Positions 38,867-48,155 of a stretch of 64,000 nt of DNA are shown here, piece after piece. The notes below the pieces were generated by a model. It was given only the letters and a program-made list of their open reading frames with translations, made no database searches and had not been told where the DNA came from. Origin of the DNA: Longimicrobiales bacterium (GTDB taxonomy: Bacteria > Gemmatimonadota > Gemmatimonadetes > Longimicrobiales > Gaopeijiaceae); contig CBDFIQ010000002.1 in NCBI GenBank assembly GCA_965248195.1, forward strand, positions 3,104,001 to 3,168,000. The letters run 5' to 3'. Numbering within the stretch: position 1 is the first letter of the stretch; every line of letters begins with the position of its first letter. A program made the translations under genes and the position numbers.

Positions 38867-39823
38867 ATGCGAGTAATAGCCGTGACGTGTGGCCTGGTGG
38901 CTGCGACAATGATTTCGTTCGGGGCGGGCGCAGGCGCCCAGGTCGAGCCAAACGACGAGGTCACAAAGGCACAATTCGACACCTGGATGACCGAACTGTC
39001 CAACTGGGGTCGCTGGGGAGCCGACGATCAGCTCGGGGCCGTCAACCTGATCACTCCGGCCAAGCGCGTGGCGGCAGCCCGACTGGTCGAGACTGGCAGG
39101 ACAGTCTCGATGGCGCGTGACATGACGATCGACAGACTCGAGAACCCCGACCAGGCCGGCGCGAACCGACCGCCGGTGCTCGTCGGCTCGGTCCGCAGCG
39201 TGTTCGAAATCGATACCGAGCGCGGGTTCTTCTGGGAGCGTTACGAGATCGAGTACCACGGTGGCCTCGTGTCCCATCTGGACGCGCTCTGCCACGTGGC
39301 ATACAACGGCAAGGTCTACAACGGTCTGGACTTCGAGGACGTCGCCTCCACAGAAGACGGTTGCACGCAGATGGGGGTCGTCAACCTGAAAGACGGACTG
39401 GTCACCCGTGGCATCCTGGTGGATCTTCCTGGGAAGGCGGTGCGTCGACAGGACATCGAGGCGTGGGAAGCGGAGACCGGCATCACGATTTCGTCGGGTG
39501 ATGCTCTTTTCCTGCGCACGGGCCGTGAGGTCGGGCAGACGGGGGGATATCATCCTGAGCTGCTCCCCTTCTTCAGAGAGCGGGATATTGCGCTGCTGGG
39601 CGCCGACGTGCCCCAAGAGGGCGGCCAGATCGAGGGGGTCCCGGTACCGGTGCACGTCTTCGCGATCGTGGGGCTTGGCCTGCACCTCTTCGACAACCTC
39701 GGTCTCGAAGAACTCGCGCAGACGGCCAACGAGCTGAACCGGTGGGAGTTCATGTTTGTGGCCTCACCCCACGCAGTACCCCACGGGGCCGGGGCGGCCC
39801 TCAATCCGATCGCGGTGTTCTAG
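38867..39823 (+). CDS. Exported cyclase family (kynurenine formamidase-like) metal hydrolase
   Basis: SNWGRWG-DD-LG--N, H----SHLDALCH, RG-L-D, RTG, PVH, DNL-LE-L, NP-A-F. Confidence 0.88.
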   Translation: MRVIAVTCGLVAATMISFGAGAGAQVEPNDEVTKAQFDTWMTELSNWGRWGADDQLGAVNLITPAKRVAAARLVETGRTVSMARDMTIDRLENPDQAGANRPPVLVGSVRSVFEIDTERGFFWERYEIEYHGGLVSHLDALCHVAYNGKVYNGLDFEDVASTEDGCTQMGVVNLKDGLVTRGILVDLPGKAVRRQDIEAWEAETGITISSGDALFLRTGREVGQTGGYHPELLPFFRERDIALLGADVPQEGGQIEGVPVPVHVFAIVGLGLHLFDNLGLEELAQTANELNRWEFMFVASPHAVPHGAGAALNPIAVF

Positions 39824-39942
39824 AAACAAGGGCTTTCGTCTTCCTGTCCCTCCTGACTTTTCGGGGAGTCGAATAGGGGGTTTCCGCGGGTGGCTGAAAT
39901 CAGGTACACTAGCGGAGGTGAGGACTCGCTGGAGAGACTACC

Positions 39943-41142
39943 GTGAGCACCACGGCAACCGCTGACAGCACAACCATCCCTGGCTCTGAGCCACCCGCCG
40001 CGGGCCTCGCGGCCGCGGCCGACCGCGGCGTGCCCTGGTACATCTGGGCCGTCGTCTTCGCCTCGACCAGTGTGGTCGTCGGAGGGATCTGGGACATCTC
40101 GTGGCACCGCACGATCGGGCGGGACACCTTCTGGACCTCAGCTCACATGGCGATTTACCTCGGCGGCGCGGCCGCTGGGCTCTCGTGCGGCTGGTTGGTC
40201 CTGCGCACGACATTCGCAGCTGTTGCCGCCGGCGATCGCGCTGCGGGGGTCACGTTCTGGGGCTTCCGTGGTCCACTCGGTGCGTGGGTCTGTATCTGGG
40301 GCGCGTTCGCGATGATCGTGTCGGGGCCGTTCGACGACTGGTGGCACAACACGTACGGCCTCGACGTCGAGATCCTGAGCCCGCCGCACACGGTGCTCGC
40401 CGCGGGCATCGTCGGGATCCAGATCGGTGCCATGCTCATGGTGCTCTCGCGACAGAACAACTCCGGTGCCCACTCCTGGCTCGCCCAGCTGCTCTTCGTC
40501 TACGCCGGGGGTGTGTTGATCGTCGCGATGGCCACTGTGGCGATCGAATATGTCGGTTTCCCCAACGACCAGAGGAACGCCGAGTTCTATGTAGTCAGCG
40601 CGGGAATCTTTCCGCTCTTCTTCGTGGGGATCTCCCGCGCTTCGCTTTCTCGGTGGGGGGCTACGGGGGCGGCCGCGGCCTACATGGCCCTAACGGTCCT
40701 CATGATATGGATTCTGCAGCTCTTCACCGCCGAGCCTCTGCTCGGTCCGATCCTTCGGCCGGTCGAGAGCATGATTCCGCCGCCGTTCCCGCTTCTGCTC
40801 GTCGTGCCCGCGCTCGCGGTCGATCTGCTCATGAGGACACTTCCCGCGCAAGTCTCGTCCGTGCGCCCCTGGATCATCGCGGGGGCCATCGGGCTCGCGT
40901 TCGTGGCCGCTCTGCTTGCCGTGCAGTGGTACTTCTCAGCGTTTCTGCTCGGCGAAGGGGCGCGCAACTTCCTCTTCGGCGCGGATCAGTGGGACTACAC
41001 CTCTCGTCCGGGGCCGTGGCAGTACGAGTTCTGGGGCCCGACGGTGCAAGCGAGTGAGCTCGCATGGGCCGCGCTGATTGCCTTCGCATCTGCACGGATC
41101 GGGCTCTGGTGGGGCGGCTGGATGAGTCGCGTGCGCCGGTAG
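39943..41142 (+). CDS. Integral membrane protein, putative PmoC/AmoC-like + PmoA/AmoA-like fusion
   Basis: WDISWHRTIGRDTFWTSAH (D51/H55/H68) and FDDWWHNTYGLDVEILSPPH (D131/H135/H149); second half has FP...RWGAT, FP-LLVVPAL-VD-L, QW. The CDS is secure; the family call is an inference. Confidence 0.7.
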   Translation: MSTTATADSTTIPGSEPPAAGLAAAADRGVPWYIWAVVFASTSVVVGGIWDISWHRTIGRDTFWTSAHMAIYLGGAAAGLSCGWLVLRTTFAAVAAGDRAAGVTFWGFRGPLGAWVCIWGAFAMIVSGPFDDWWHNTYGLDVEILSPPHTVLAAGIVGIQIGAMLMVLSRQNNSGAHSWLAQLLFVYAGGVLIVAMATVAIEYVGFPNDQRNAEFYVVSAGIFPLFFVGISRASLSRWGATGAAAAYMALTVLMIWILQLFTAEPLLGPILRPVESMIPPPFPLLLVVPALAVDLLMRTLPAQVSSVRPWIIAGAIGLAFVAALLAVQWYFSAFLLGEGARNFLFGADQWDYTSRPGPWQYEFWGPTVQASELAWAALIAFASARIGLWWGGWMSRVRR

Positions 41143-42686
41143 TGCTGTTGCGCCCGAACAGAAGTACCTGGCCAGCCCTCGCGTTCACATTAGGCGTCAT
41201 GATCGTTGCGTCGGCACACGTAGGGAGCTCGAACGCCTACTTCGAGGGGATGGCCGGACCCTACCCCGTGCGTGTGATCGTTCGGACGCCGGGGGTTATC
41301 CCGGGGCTCGCTCAGATCTCGGTGCGTATCACCGGGGAGTCGGCACCGACTTTCGTCACCGTACGCCCGTTGCGCTGGGACGCGGGGCTTCAAGGGGCGC
41401 CACCTCCGGATACCGCCCGGGCCGTTGCCGGGGAGGCCGGCCTATACTGGGCCGAGCTCTGGCTCATGACCACCGGTTCGTACAGCGTCCACGTCCACGT
41501 CGCCGGTGATGCAGGCGATGGCACCGTGTTCGTTCCCGTCAACGCCGTCGCCGAGAGCCGCCGAGAGATGGGCCGGGCGATGGCAGTCGGGCTGATCGGC
41601 GCCGCGTTGTTTCTATTCGTCGGGGCTATGACGGTCTTCGGCGCCGCGGTTCGCGAGAGCGTGCTTGCGCCGGGGGAGGAGCCTGACCGGAAGCTACGTC
41701 GGCGAGGCGCTGTTGCGACCGGATTCGGCGGCGGCGTGCTCGCTTTGATCCTTTGGGGTGGCTGGGCGTGGTGGGGGGCGGTGGACACCGCATATCGGGC
41801 GGGCATCTATCGGCCACTCGCGACGACGTCGGTCTTGGAGACCGGCGAAGCGGGGCCGGTGCTCACGCTGCGAATCGACGATCCCCAGTGGATGGGACGA
41901 GAGTGGACGCCACTGATGCCCGACCACGGAAAGCTCATGCACATGTTCCTGGTGGGAGACGAGGCTCTGGGGGCGTTCGCGCACATCCACCCGGAGTCCG
42001 CCGACTCGACCTCGTTCGCCGTACCCTTTCCCCCGCTCCCGCCTGGGACCTACCGCATCTACGCGGATATCGTAGACGAGAGCGGCTTCTCCCAAACGCT
42101 GGTCGACACGGTCAAGGCGGGTGCGGAGGTCGAGACAGCGTCGCTCGAGGCGCCCGGTCGAGATCCCGACGACTCCTGGGCTGTGCTCCCCGCCCGGGGG
42201 CGGGCGAGTGGCGAGCGCTTCGCGCTGCCCAGCGGTCGGACCCTGATTTGGGAGGCCGGCATGCAGCCGGGGCTGGACGCCGAGACCACGCTGGCTTTCC
42301 GAGTCACGGAGCCGGACGGCACACCCTCCGCTCTCGAGCCGTATATGGGCATGCTGAGCCATGCGGCAGTAACTCGGGACGACGGGTCGGTCTTTATCCA
42401 CATGCACCCCGCCGGGAGCATCAACCTGGCGGCGCAGGAACGCTTCCGGAGAGCCGAAGATGGCGCCGGTTCCAACACTCAGGGTAGGGGCATGCCGGGG
42501 AGGGGCATGCCGGGAAGGGGGATGCCGGGAAGTGGCATGCCGGAGATGGCGGATGCCACACCGACCGACGTCGTGAGCTTTCCGTTTGTGTTCCCGGCCC
42601 CCGGTGCGTATCGGATCTTCGTGCAAGTGAAGATCGACGGCGCGGTCGAGACCGCGGTGTTCGACGTGGAGGTGCCCGAGGGGTAA
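41142..42686 (+). CDS. Exported two-TM His/Met-rich putative copper protein with PmoB-like layout
   Basis: GTG start overlaps the previous TAG; signal ASA|HVGS; two central TM helices; HGKLMH, HIHP, MGMLSH, HMHP motifs. Confidence 0.7.
   Translation: MLLRPNRSTWPALAFTLGVMIVASAHVGSSNAYFEGMAGPYPVRVIVRTPGVIPGLAQISVRITGESAPTFVTVRPLRWDAGLQGAPPPDTARAVAGEAGLYWAELWLMTTGSYSVHVHVAGDAGDGTVFVPVNAVAESRREMGRAMAVGLIGAALFLFVGAMTVFGAAVRESVLAPGEEPDRKLRRRGAVATGFGGGVLALILWGGWAWWGAVDTAYRAGIYRPLATTSVLETGEAGPVLTLRIDDPQWMGREWTPLMPDHGKLMHMFLVGDEALGAFAHIHPESADSTSFAVPFPPLPPGTYRIYADIVDESGFSQTLVDTVKAGAEVETASLEAPGRDPDDSWAVLPARGRASGERFALPSGRTLIWEAGMQPGLDAETTLAFRVTEPDGTPSALEPYMGMLSHAAVTRDDGSVFIHMHPAGSINLAAQERFRRAEDGAGSNTQGRGMPGRGMPGRGMPGSGMPEMADATPTDVVSFPFVFPAPGAYRIFVQVKIDGAVETAVFDVEVPEG
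42483..42542 (+). repeat. In-frame 15-bp x4 repeat encoding G(R/S)GMP
   Basis: GGTAGGGGCATGCCG-like unit repeated four times. Confidence 0.9.
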
Positions 42687-42762
42687 ACGGGCTCTGGTCA
42701 ACGAGCCGGATTCTTCTCCCGGAGGCCGCCGCTAGTCCCCGCTCGATGAACGGGCGCCTTTC

Positions 42763-43890
42763 CTACAGCGCGATCACGATTTTCCCGAGGTGGCTCCCAC
42801 TGGCCATGTGCTCGTAGGCCGCTGGCGCGTCCTCGAGGGTGAATACCCTGTCGATGACTGGGCGCATCCGATGTTGCGTAATGAATGCGTTCATCGCTTC
42901 GAAGTCCTCCCTAGACCCCACATAGATCCCCGTCACCGAAATTGCACGGCCGATGAACGAACCGAGGGGCATGGCGTTGGCGGAGCCCGACAGGCCTCCG
43001 ATGATCGCGATGTGGGCGCCGTATCCGAGTGCTCGCATCGCTCGAGGCAGCGTTTCCCGGCCACCCACTTCGAGGACCTGGGTGACGCCCTCGTCGCCGG
43101 TGATGTCCCGCACCTCGTCCTGCCACTCGGCGTTGGTCCGGTAGTTGACCGTGCCGTAGGCCCCCAGCTCGCGAGCACGCACCAGCTTTGCGTCGCTCGA
43201 GCTCGTGATGATCGGTCTCGCTCCAGCGGCCACCGAGAACTGCAGTCCGAAGATCGAGACGCCACCCGTGCCTTCCAGCAGGACGAAGTCGTCTTCGGAC
43301 AGGCCTCCGTGTTTGAAGAGGGCGTTCCACGCGGTCACCCCCGCACAAGGGAGCGTAGCGGCCTCCTCGAACGTGAGGTGTTCCGGAATCTCGACGAGCC
43401 CGTCTTCATGACTGACGATCATCTCCGAGAGCATGCCGTCGATCGCGCCACCTCTGGCCGATGCGTTGGTCATGGCGCTCGGTCTTCCGTCCATCCAACG
43501 AGCGAAGAAGATCCCGGCCACGCGATCCCCGACCTCGAAGCGACTGGCGCCGGGTCCTACGCCGATCACCTCCCCCGCACCATCCGAGAGGGGCACCAGG
43601 CCGATTCGCGGATTCCCGCCGCCATACTGCGATTGGAGGATCGAAAGGTCTCGCCGATTCAGGGACGTGGCTCGCACACGGACCAGGACTTCGTTGGCGC
43701 CCGGAACGGGACGGTCCACTTCCTTCATCACGAGTGCGACCTGGTCGTCGACCACGTCGAACTGGTACTGGCGCATGGTCTCGGTTTGGGCACCCGTAGC
43801 CGGGGCGGGAATCGCGAGTAGCGCGGCCAGCCCGCCGGCGAGCGCGACCTGTTCGAGGCGAGAGGTGCTCTGGAAGAAGCGTGTCTTCAT
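42763..43890 (-). CDS. NAD(P)-dependent medium-chain dehydrogenase/reductase with signal-like N-terminus
   Basis: SLN-RD, PLSDGAGEV, EAATLPCAG-TAW, GTGGVS, PVID, H-GK-V. Confidence 0.9.
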   Translation of the reverse strand: MKTRFFQSTSRLEQVALAGGLAALLAIPAPATGAQTETMRQYQFDVVDDQVALVMKEVDRPVPGANEVLVRVRATSLNRRDLSILQSQYGGGNPRIGLVPLSDGAGEVIGVGPGASRFEVGDRVAGIFFARWMDGRPSAMTNASARGGAIDGMLSEMIVSHEDGLVEIPEHLTFEEAATLPCAGVTAWNALFKHGGLSEDDFVLLEGTGGVSIFGLQFSVAAGARPIITSSSDAKLVRARELGAYGTVNYRTNAEWQDEVRDITGDEGVTQVLEVGGRETLPRAMRALGYGAHIAIIGGLSGSANAMPLGSFIGRAISVTGIYVGSREDFEAMNAFITQHRMRPVIDRVFTLEDAPAAYEHMASGSHLGKIVIAL

Positions 43891-44147
43891 GGATCAGCTC
43901 GGCTAGATGTGGTTTAGGGCCGATCACGATGCCCTGATTTTCCGCAACCGCTAAGGCGGATCCGGTACCCTCGTTAGCGCAGCGGTTAGCCTTTCCGATT
44001 CAACGTAAGAAACATTACCTCGCCGGGCGATCGAGACCTCGCCAGGCGATCGAGAAAGTCGCGCTCGCGTGTCGGCGGGCTTAAGCTCCACCATACCCTT
44101 CGCGAGCCAAACGTGTGGCTCCCACGCGCCGCCTTGGAGGACCGAAC

Positions 44148-44945
44148 ATGACAGCGACGACGAGACGACGGATCGGCACACTCTCCCTCGCCCTGGTGCT
44201 CGGCTCGGCGAACGCAGCCGTGGCGCAACGAGAGGCGCGCGACGATGAAAGTGCCATCACCGACCCGCGTGTCCAGCACCGCACGTACACCATGCAGGAA
44301 ACGGGCGAAACGATCCCGTACGCGCTCTTCGTGCCGACCTCGTACGACGCGAGCGAGCCGAGTCGCCTGATGGTCTCTCTACACGGCGCAGGGCGGCAAT
44401 ACGACTGGCTGATGGGGTACGCAGGGTTCCTCGACCGCGCCGAACACGACGGCTACATCATCGCGACCCCGTTGGGTTACACACGACGGGGCGGATACGG
44501 CCGTCGCGGTGACGACCGACAGGACCAGCTATCCGAAAAGGACGTGATGACCGTTGTCGGCATGGTCAAGGACGAATTCAACATCGACGAGAACCGCACC
44601 TATCTCTGGGGTCACTCGATGGGCGGCTCCGGCACGTATTACATCGCGAGCCGGCACCCGAACCTCTGGGCCGGGCTCGCGGCCGCGGCCGGTGGCAGCA
44701 TGACCGCCGACTACGTGGACGAGGACGCCATCCGCCACATCCCGTTCCTGGTGCTCCAGGGCTCGGAGGACGAGACGGTACTGGTCGAGCGCTCCCGGGA
44801 GTCGGTGGCGCGGATGAAAGAGTTGGGGATGGAGCACCTCTACGTCGAGATCGCGGGTGGCGATCACTCGCGGTTCATCAACCAGAGCGAAGAGGTGGTT
44901 GGCATGCTGTTCGACTTCTTCAACATCGTCGCGAAGAAGCACTGA
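44148..44945 (+). CDS. Exported alpha/beta hydrolase (esterase/peptidase)
   Basis: LHGAG, GHSMGG, QG--D, GGDH; GGAGG RBS. Confidence 0.85.
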   Translation: MTATTRRRIGTLSLALVLGSANAAVAQREARDDESAITDPRVQHRTYTMQETGETIPYALFVPTSYDASEPSRLMVSLHGAGRQYDWLMGYAGFLDRAEHDGYIIATPLGYTRRGGYGRRGDDRQDQLSEKDVMTVVGMVKDEFNIDENRTYLWGHSMGGSGTYYIASRHPNLWAGLAAAAGGSMTADYVDEDAIRHIPFLVLQGSEDETVLVERSRESVARMKELGMEHLYVEIAGGDHSRFINQSEEVVGMLFDFFNIVAKKH

Positions 44946-44984
44946 TTATTGGGGTTGCGTTCTAGGCAATAGGAAGTCCTCCTC

Positions 44985-46109
44985 TCAACGTGCTACCCAC
45001 GGCGTTCCAATGATCAATGCCGGATCTGCATCAGGCTTGGCTACGAACTTTTGAGTCCGGCCATACTGATTGTCTCCTCCGTAAAGATTACCCTCCGAGT
45101 CGACCGTAAACGTATGCACTTCGAGATATCCATTCGGTAGCTCTCGGGGGACATTCCACGTGTATAGCCGATTACCCTCGAAATCCATCTTGACGAACCT
45201 GAGCGGTCCCAGGGTGGTTATCCAGATACTGTCCTCGTTGACAATGATGTCCAAAGTCAGGCCAAAACCGCCCCAAACATCAACAAACTCGACTTCTCTC
45301 GGATCGTCTGTGGTCCTGAACACGTTGACTCGACCACCCGAGCGATCAAGGGCAAAGATCAGACCATCGGGCCCGATGCCTATCGCATGAATGCCATTGA
45401 ATTGACCGGGCCCTTCTCCGCGCCCTCCAAACTCTGATAAATATTTTCCGTCGCTATCCAGGATGATGACGCGATGATTGTCCAGCCCATCAGCCACCAG
45501 AACTCTTCCGTCGGGTAAAAAAGCCACGTCCTGCGGCCTGCCGAAATGGGTCTCGTCGTCTCCCGGGGTCAGTTTCTCACCCAGCGTCATCAGCAGTTCA
45601 CTGCCGTCGTTGGAGAACACGTAGATCTGATGAAAGGTCTCGTTGACCACCCACACCCGGCGCTCAGGATCATAGGGGCTTATGCGAAGCCTGTGAGGTC
45701 CTGGTCCTTCTGAACCTGCGCACAAGTAGTCCCACTGATCCCAAATGTCGATCACGTTGCCATCACCATCGATGGTATACAGGCAGTTCTGCCAGGTGCG
45801 CAGATCGGTCGCACTCAAAGTGTTGATCCCGAGGGATCCTGCATATCCTGCAAATTCGGGAGGAATCGGGATCGGCAATCTCGTTTCGCCACGCTGCGCG
45901 ATGAAGATGCGATCCGGCGATTCAGCGAATATCCCGGAATTCCCGCCGAAGGCAAAACCTTGCTTGGCAAATGGTTTATGCCACCCTTCGACGACGTCAT
46001 AAGGGCTGGGGCCGATCGGTCCAAGATCCTGCGATGAAGCTGGTCCGGAAAACAACACGGCAAGTAAACCGGTAAGCGTCGTAACCGCTTGAAGTTCTGA
46101 AGTGCGCAT
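44985..46109 (-). CDS. NHL-repeat (PAL-like) protein; lower GC than its neighbours
   Basis: GPH, RPQD, ADGL-N-RV, IHAI, LDR, VHTF; signal peptide. Confidence 0.85.
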   Translation of the reverse strand: MRTSELQAVTTLTGLLAVLFSGPASSQDLGPIGPSPYDVVEGWHKPFAKQGFAFGGNSGIFAESPDRIFIAQRGETRLPIPIPPEFAGYAGSLGINTLSATDLRTWQNCLYTIDGDGNVIDIWDQWDYLCAGSEGPGPHRLRISPYDPERRVWVVNETFHQIYVFSNDGSELLMTLGEKLTPGDDETHFGRPQDVAFLPDGRVLVADGLDNHRVIILDSDGKYLSEFGGRGEGPGQFNGIHAIGIGPDGLIFALDRSGGRVNVFRTTDDPREVEFVDVWGGFGLTLDIIVNEDSIWITTLGPLRFVKMDFEGNRLYTWNVPRELPNGYLEVHTFTVDSEGNLYGGDNQYGRTQKFVAKPDADPALIIGTPWVAR

Positions 46110-46322
46110 GATCGTATGAGCTCCGAAATGTGGATCTGTGATGACGCCGATGTCTTGTTATTCAGCCTATCATGTACAACCAAACGATGCAGGGTTCAAC
46201 TTCACTGCGAAATCCTCGCCTGCACCTCGCGCTCCACAAGTCCCCGTTTTACCTTGGCTGGTCCCGGAGGGCTCTCTGCCGTCTGGCGGTCCTATCCGTG
46301 GTTTCCTTCAAGGGAGGTTTCA

Positions 46323-47960
46323 ATGTTGCGTTCGATTCGAACGGGACTCCTGGCAGGTGCTACGCTCGTTGCAGTACCGGCGCTCCAGTCGGGAGAGGTG
46401 ATGGCCCAGTTACAGGACCAGTCGCAGATCAGCCCGACCAACGGTCTGCCCAACCCCTACGAGCGCGTCCACCCATGGGGCGAGCTCCCCACGGGTCTCT
46501 ACGATGAGCGGGCGTCGTTCATCGGGGCGGAGGCGGGTCCGGACGGCAACATCTACCTTCTGAGCCGCTGTCTCCAGAACTCGTGCACTGGACGGCCTGA
46601 ACCGCCGGTCCTGAAGCTCGATCCCTCCGGAAGGCTACTGAAGACGTGGGGTTCGGGGATGTTGGAATTCCCCCATGGCTTCGACGTGGACGACGAAGGA
46701 AACGTGTGGGCAAGCGATCAGCGCGGCCACCAGGTGTTCAAGTGGAACGCGGAGGGCGACCTCCTGATGACGCTCGGGCAGAAGGGCATCCAGGGGGACC
46801 CGCCCCGTCTTCTCACCCAGCCGACGGACCTGGTGGTGGCCCCGAACGGCAACATCTTCGTCACCGAAGGTCACGGTGGGGGCGGCAACCGGGTCTCGAA
46901 GTACACGAGCGACGGGAGGTTCGTCATGTCTTGGGGAACCACGGGCTCGGGCGTCGGGGAGTTCATTGTTCCCCACACCATTGCGCTGGACTCGCAAGGC
47001 CGGGTCTTCGTCGGGGATCGTATGAACAACCGGATCCAGATCTTCGATCAGCAGGGGAATTTCCTCGACGTCTGGTACCAGTTCGGTCGCCCGAGCGGCA
47101 TCGCCATAGGCGCCGATGACAGGATTTACGTCGCTGATTCCGAGTCGTGGGGTACCGACAACCCGGGGTGGAAGAAGGGAATTCGGGTGGGCAACGCGCG
47201 GGACGGGACGGTCCTGTACCTCATCGAGGACATCGAATCCACCGCGACCGAGCACAGCGGCGCGGAAGGTGTCGGGGTGGACTCCGAAGGTAATGTCTAC
47301 GGGGCGGTTGTTCGCAGGCGGATGCTCGAGAAGCACGTGCCCGGCGCGGTTTCGGGGACGGCCATGGCTCAACAGGGGGCGCAGGCGCCTACGCATGTTG
47401 CGCATGTCGCTTCTGGCTTCGGCTCAACCCCCGACGGAAAGGGTCTCGCCGCAACGGCCACGACCGAAGCGGGGATCGCGATGCTGCATGCCAATTTCGC
47501 AGTGGGGGACCTCAGCGACCTCGCGGCGATGCAACGACACGCCGGCCACGTTCTCCATGCGCTCGACCCGGCAGAAGGAAGCCGGGGACCGGGGCTCGGC
47601 TTCGGGCTCATCCGCGCCGTGGAGGGCGTGGCGACCCACATCGAGTTGGCGGCGGGTGCCGCCGGTGCCTCGGCGGGTGTGCGCACTCACGCGCAGCACG
47701 TCGCCACGGTCGCTCGCACAGTCGCACGCCGCGCAGAGGAAGCGGCCGCGGTCGCTCGGCGGCTGCAGACGGCGCCTTCGATACGGCGAGCCTCCCCACT
47801 CGTCGCCGAGTTGCGCCTCTTGACGTACCATATGGTTGAGGGCGGAGACCTAAACGGTGACGGGAATTTGTCGCTGGACGGGGAGGCCGGCGTACAGCAG
47901 CTCGAAGCGCACGTCTATCTCCTCCTCGACGGAGATGGACTTCCGAGGATGCTCAGGTAG
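46323..47960 (+). CDS. NHL-repeat (PAL-like) protein with extra C-terminal His-rich helical domain
   Basis: FPHGF, QPTD, VPHTI, GDRMNNRIQ; roughly 190-aa Ala/His-rich tail with DLNGDG; GGAGG RBS. Confidence 0.85.
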   Translation: MLRSIRTGLLAGATLVAVPALQSGEVMAQLQDQSQISPTNGLPNPYERVHPWGELPTGLYDERASFIGAEAGPDGNIYLLSRCLQNSCTGRPEPPVLKLDPSGRLLKTWGSGMLEFPHGFDVDDEGNVWASDQRGHQVFKWNAEGDLLMTLGQKGIQGDPPRLLTQPTDLVVAPNGNIFVTEGHGGGGNRVSKYTSDGRFVMSWGTTGSGVGEFIVPHTIALDSQGRVFVGDRMNNRIQIFDQQGNFLDVWYQFGRPSGIAIGADDRIYVADSESWGTDNPGWKKGIRVGNARDGTVLYLIEDIESTATEHSGAEGVGVDSEGNVYGAVVRRRMLEKHVPGAVSGTAMAQQGAQAPTHVAHVASGFGSTPDGKGLAATATTEAGIAMLHANFAVGDLSDLAAMQRHAGHVLHALDPAEGSRGPGLGFGLIRAVEGVATHIELAAGAAGASAGVRTHAQHVATVARTVARRAEEAAAVARRLQTAPSIRRASPLVAELRLLTYHMVEGGDLNGDGNLSLDGEAGVQQLEAHVYLLLDGDGLPRMLR

Positions 47961-47966
47961 GGGGCT

Positions 47967-48022
47967 CTCGAGGGGCCCAGCGGATATTCAGGGGCTCGAG
48001 GGGCCTAGCGCATATTCAGGGC
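47967..48022. repeat. 28-bp imperfect tandem duplication
   Basis: CTCGAGGGGCCCAGCGGATATTCAGGGG followed by CTCGAGGGGCCTAGCGCATATTCAGGGC. Confidence 0.8.
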
Positions 48023-48155
48023 CTCTCGAATCTCCCGCGCCGGCATGCCCGTGACCCACACGGGGCTTCCCCGGTCGAACTCGCTCGCCCGGGCCAGTGG
48101 CCCGACAATGACGGCGTCGAAACCCACGTCTCTGACGAGGGAGGCTGTGATGGAC

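Noticed and set aside
8669..42686. P460 plus CuMMO-like operon as evidence of ammonia or methane oxidation
   Set aside because: The loci are 30 kb apart, the CuMMO-like proteins are far from canonical AmoCAB/PmoCAB, and no HAO or methanol dehydrogenase is recognisable; the substrate cannot be assigned.
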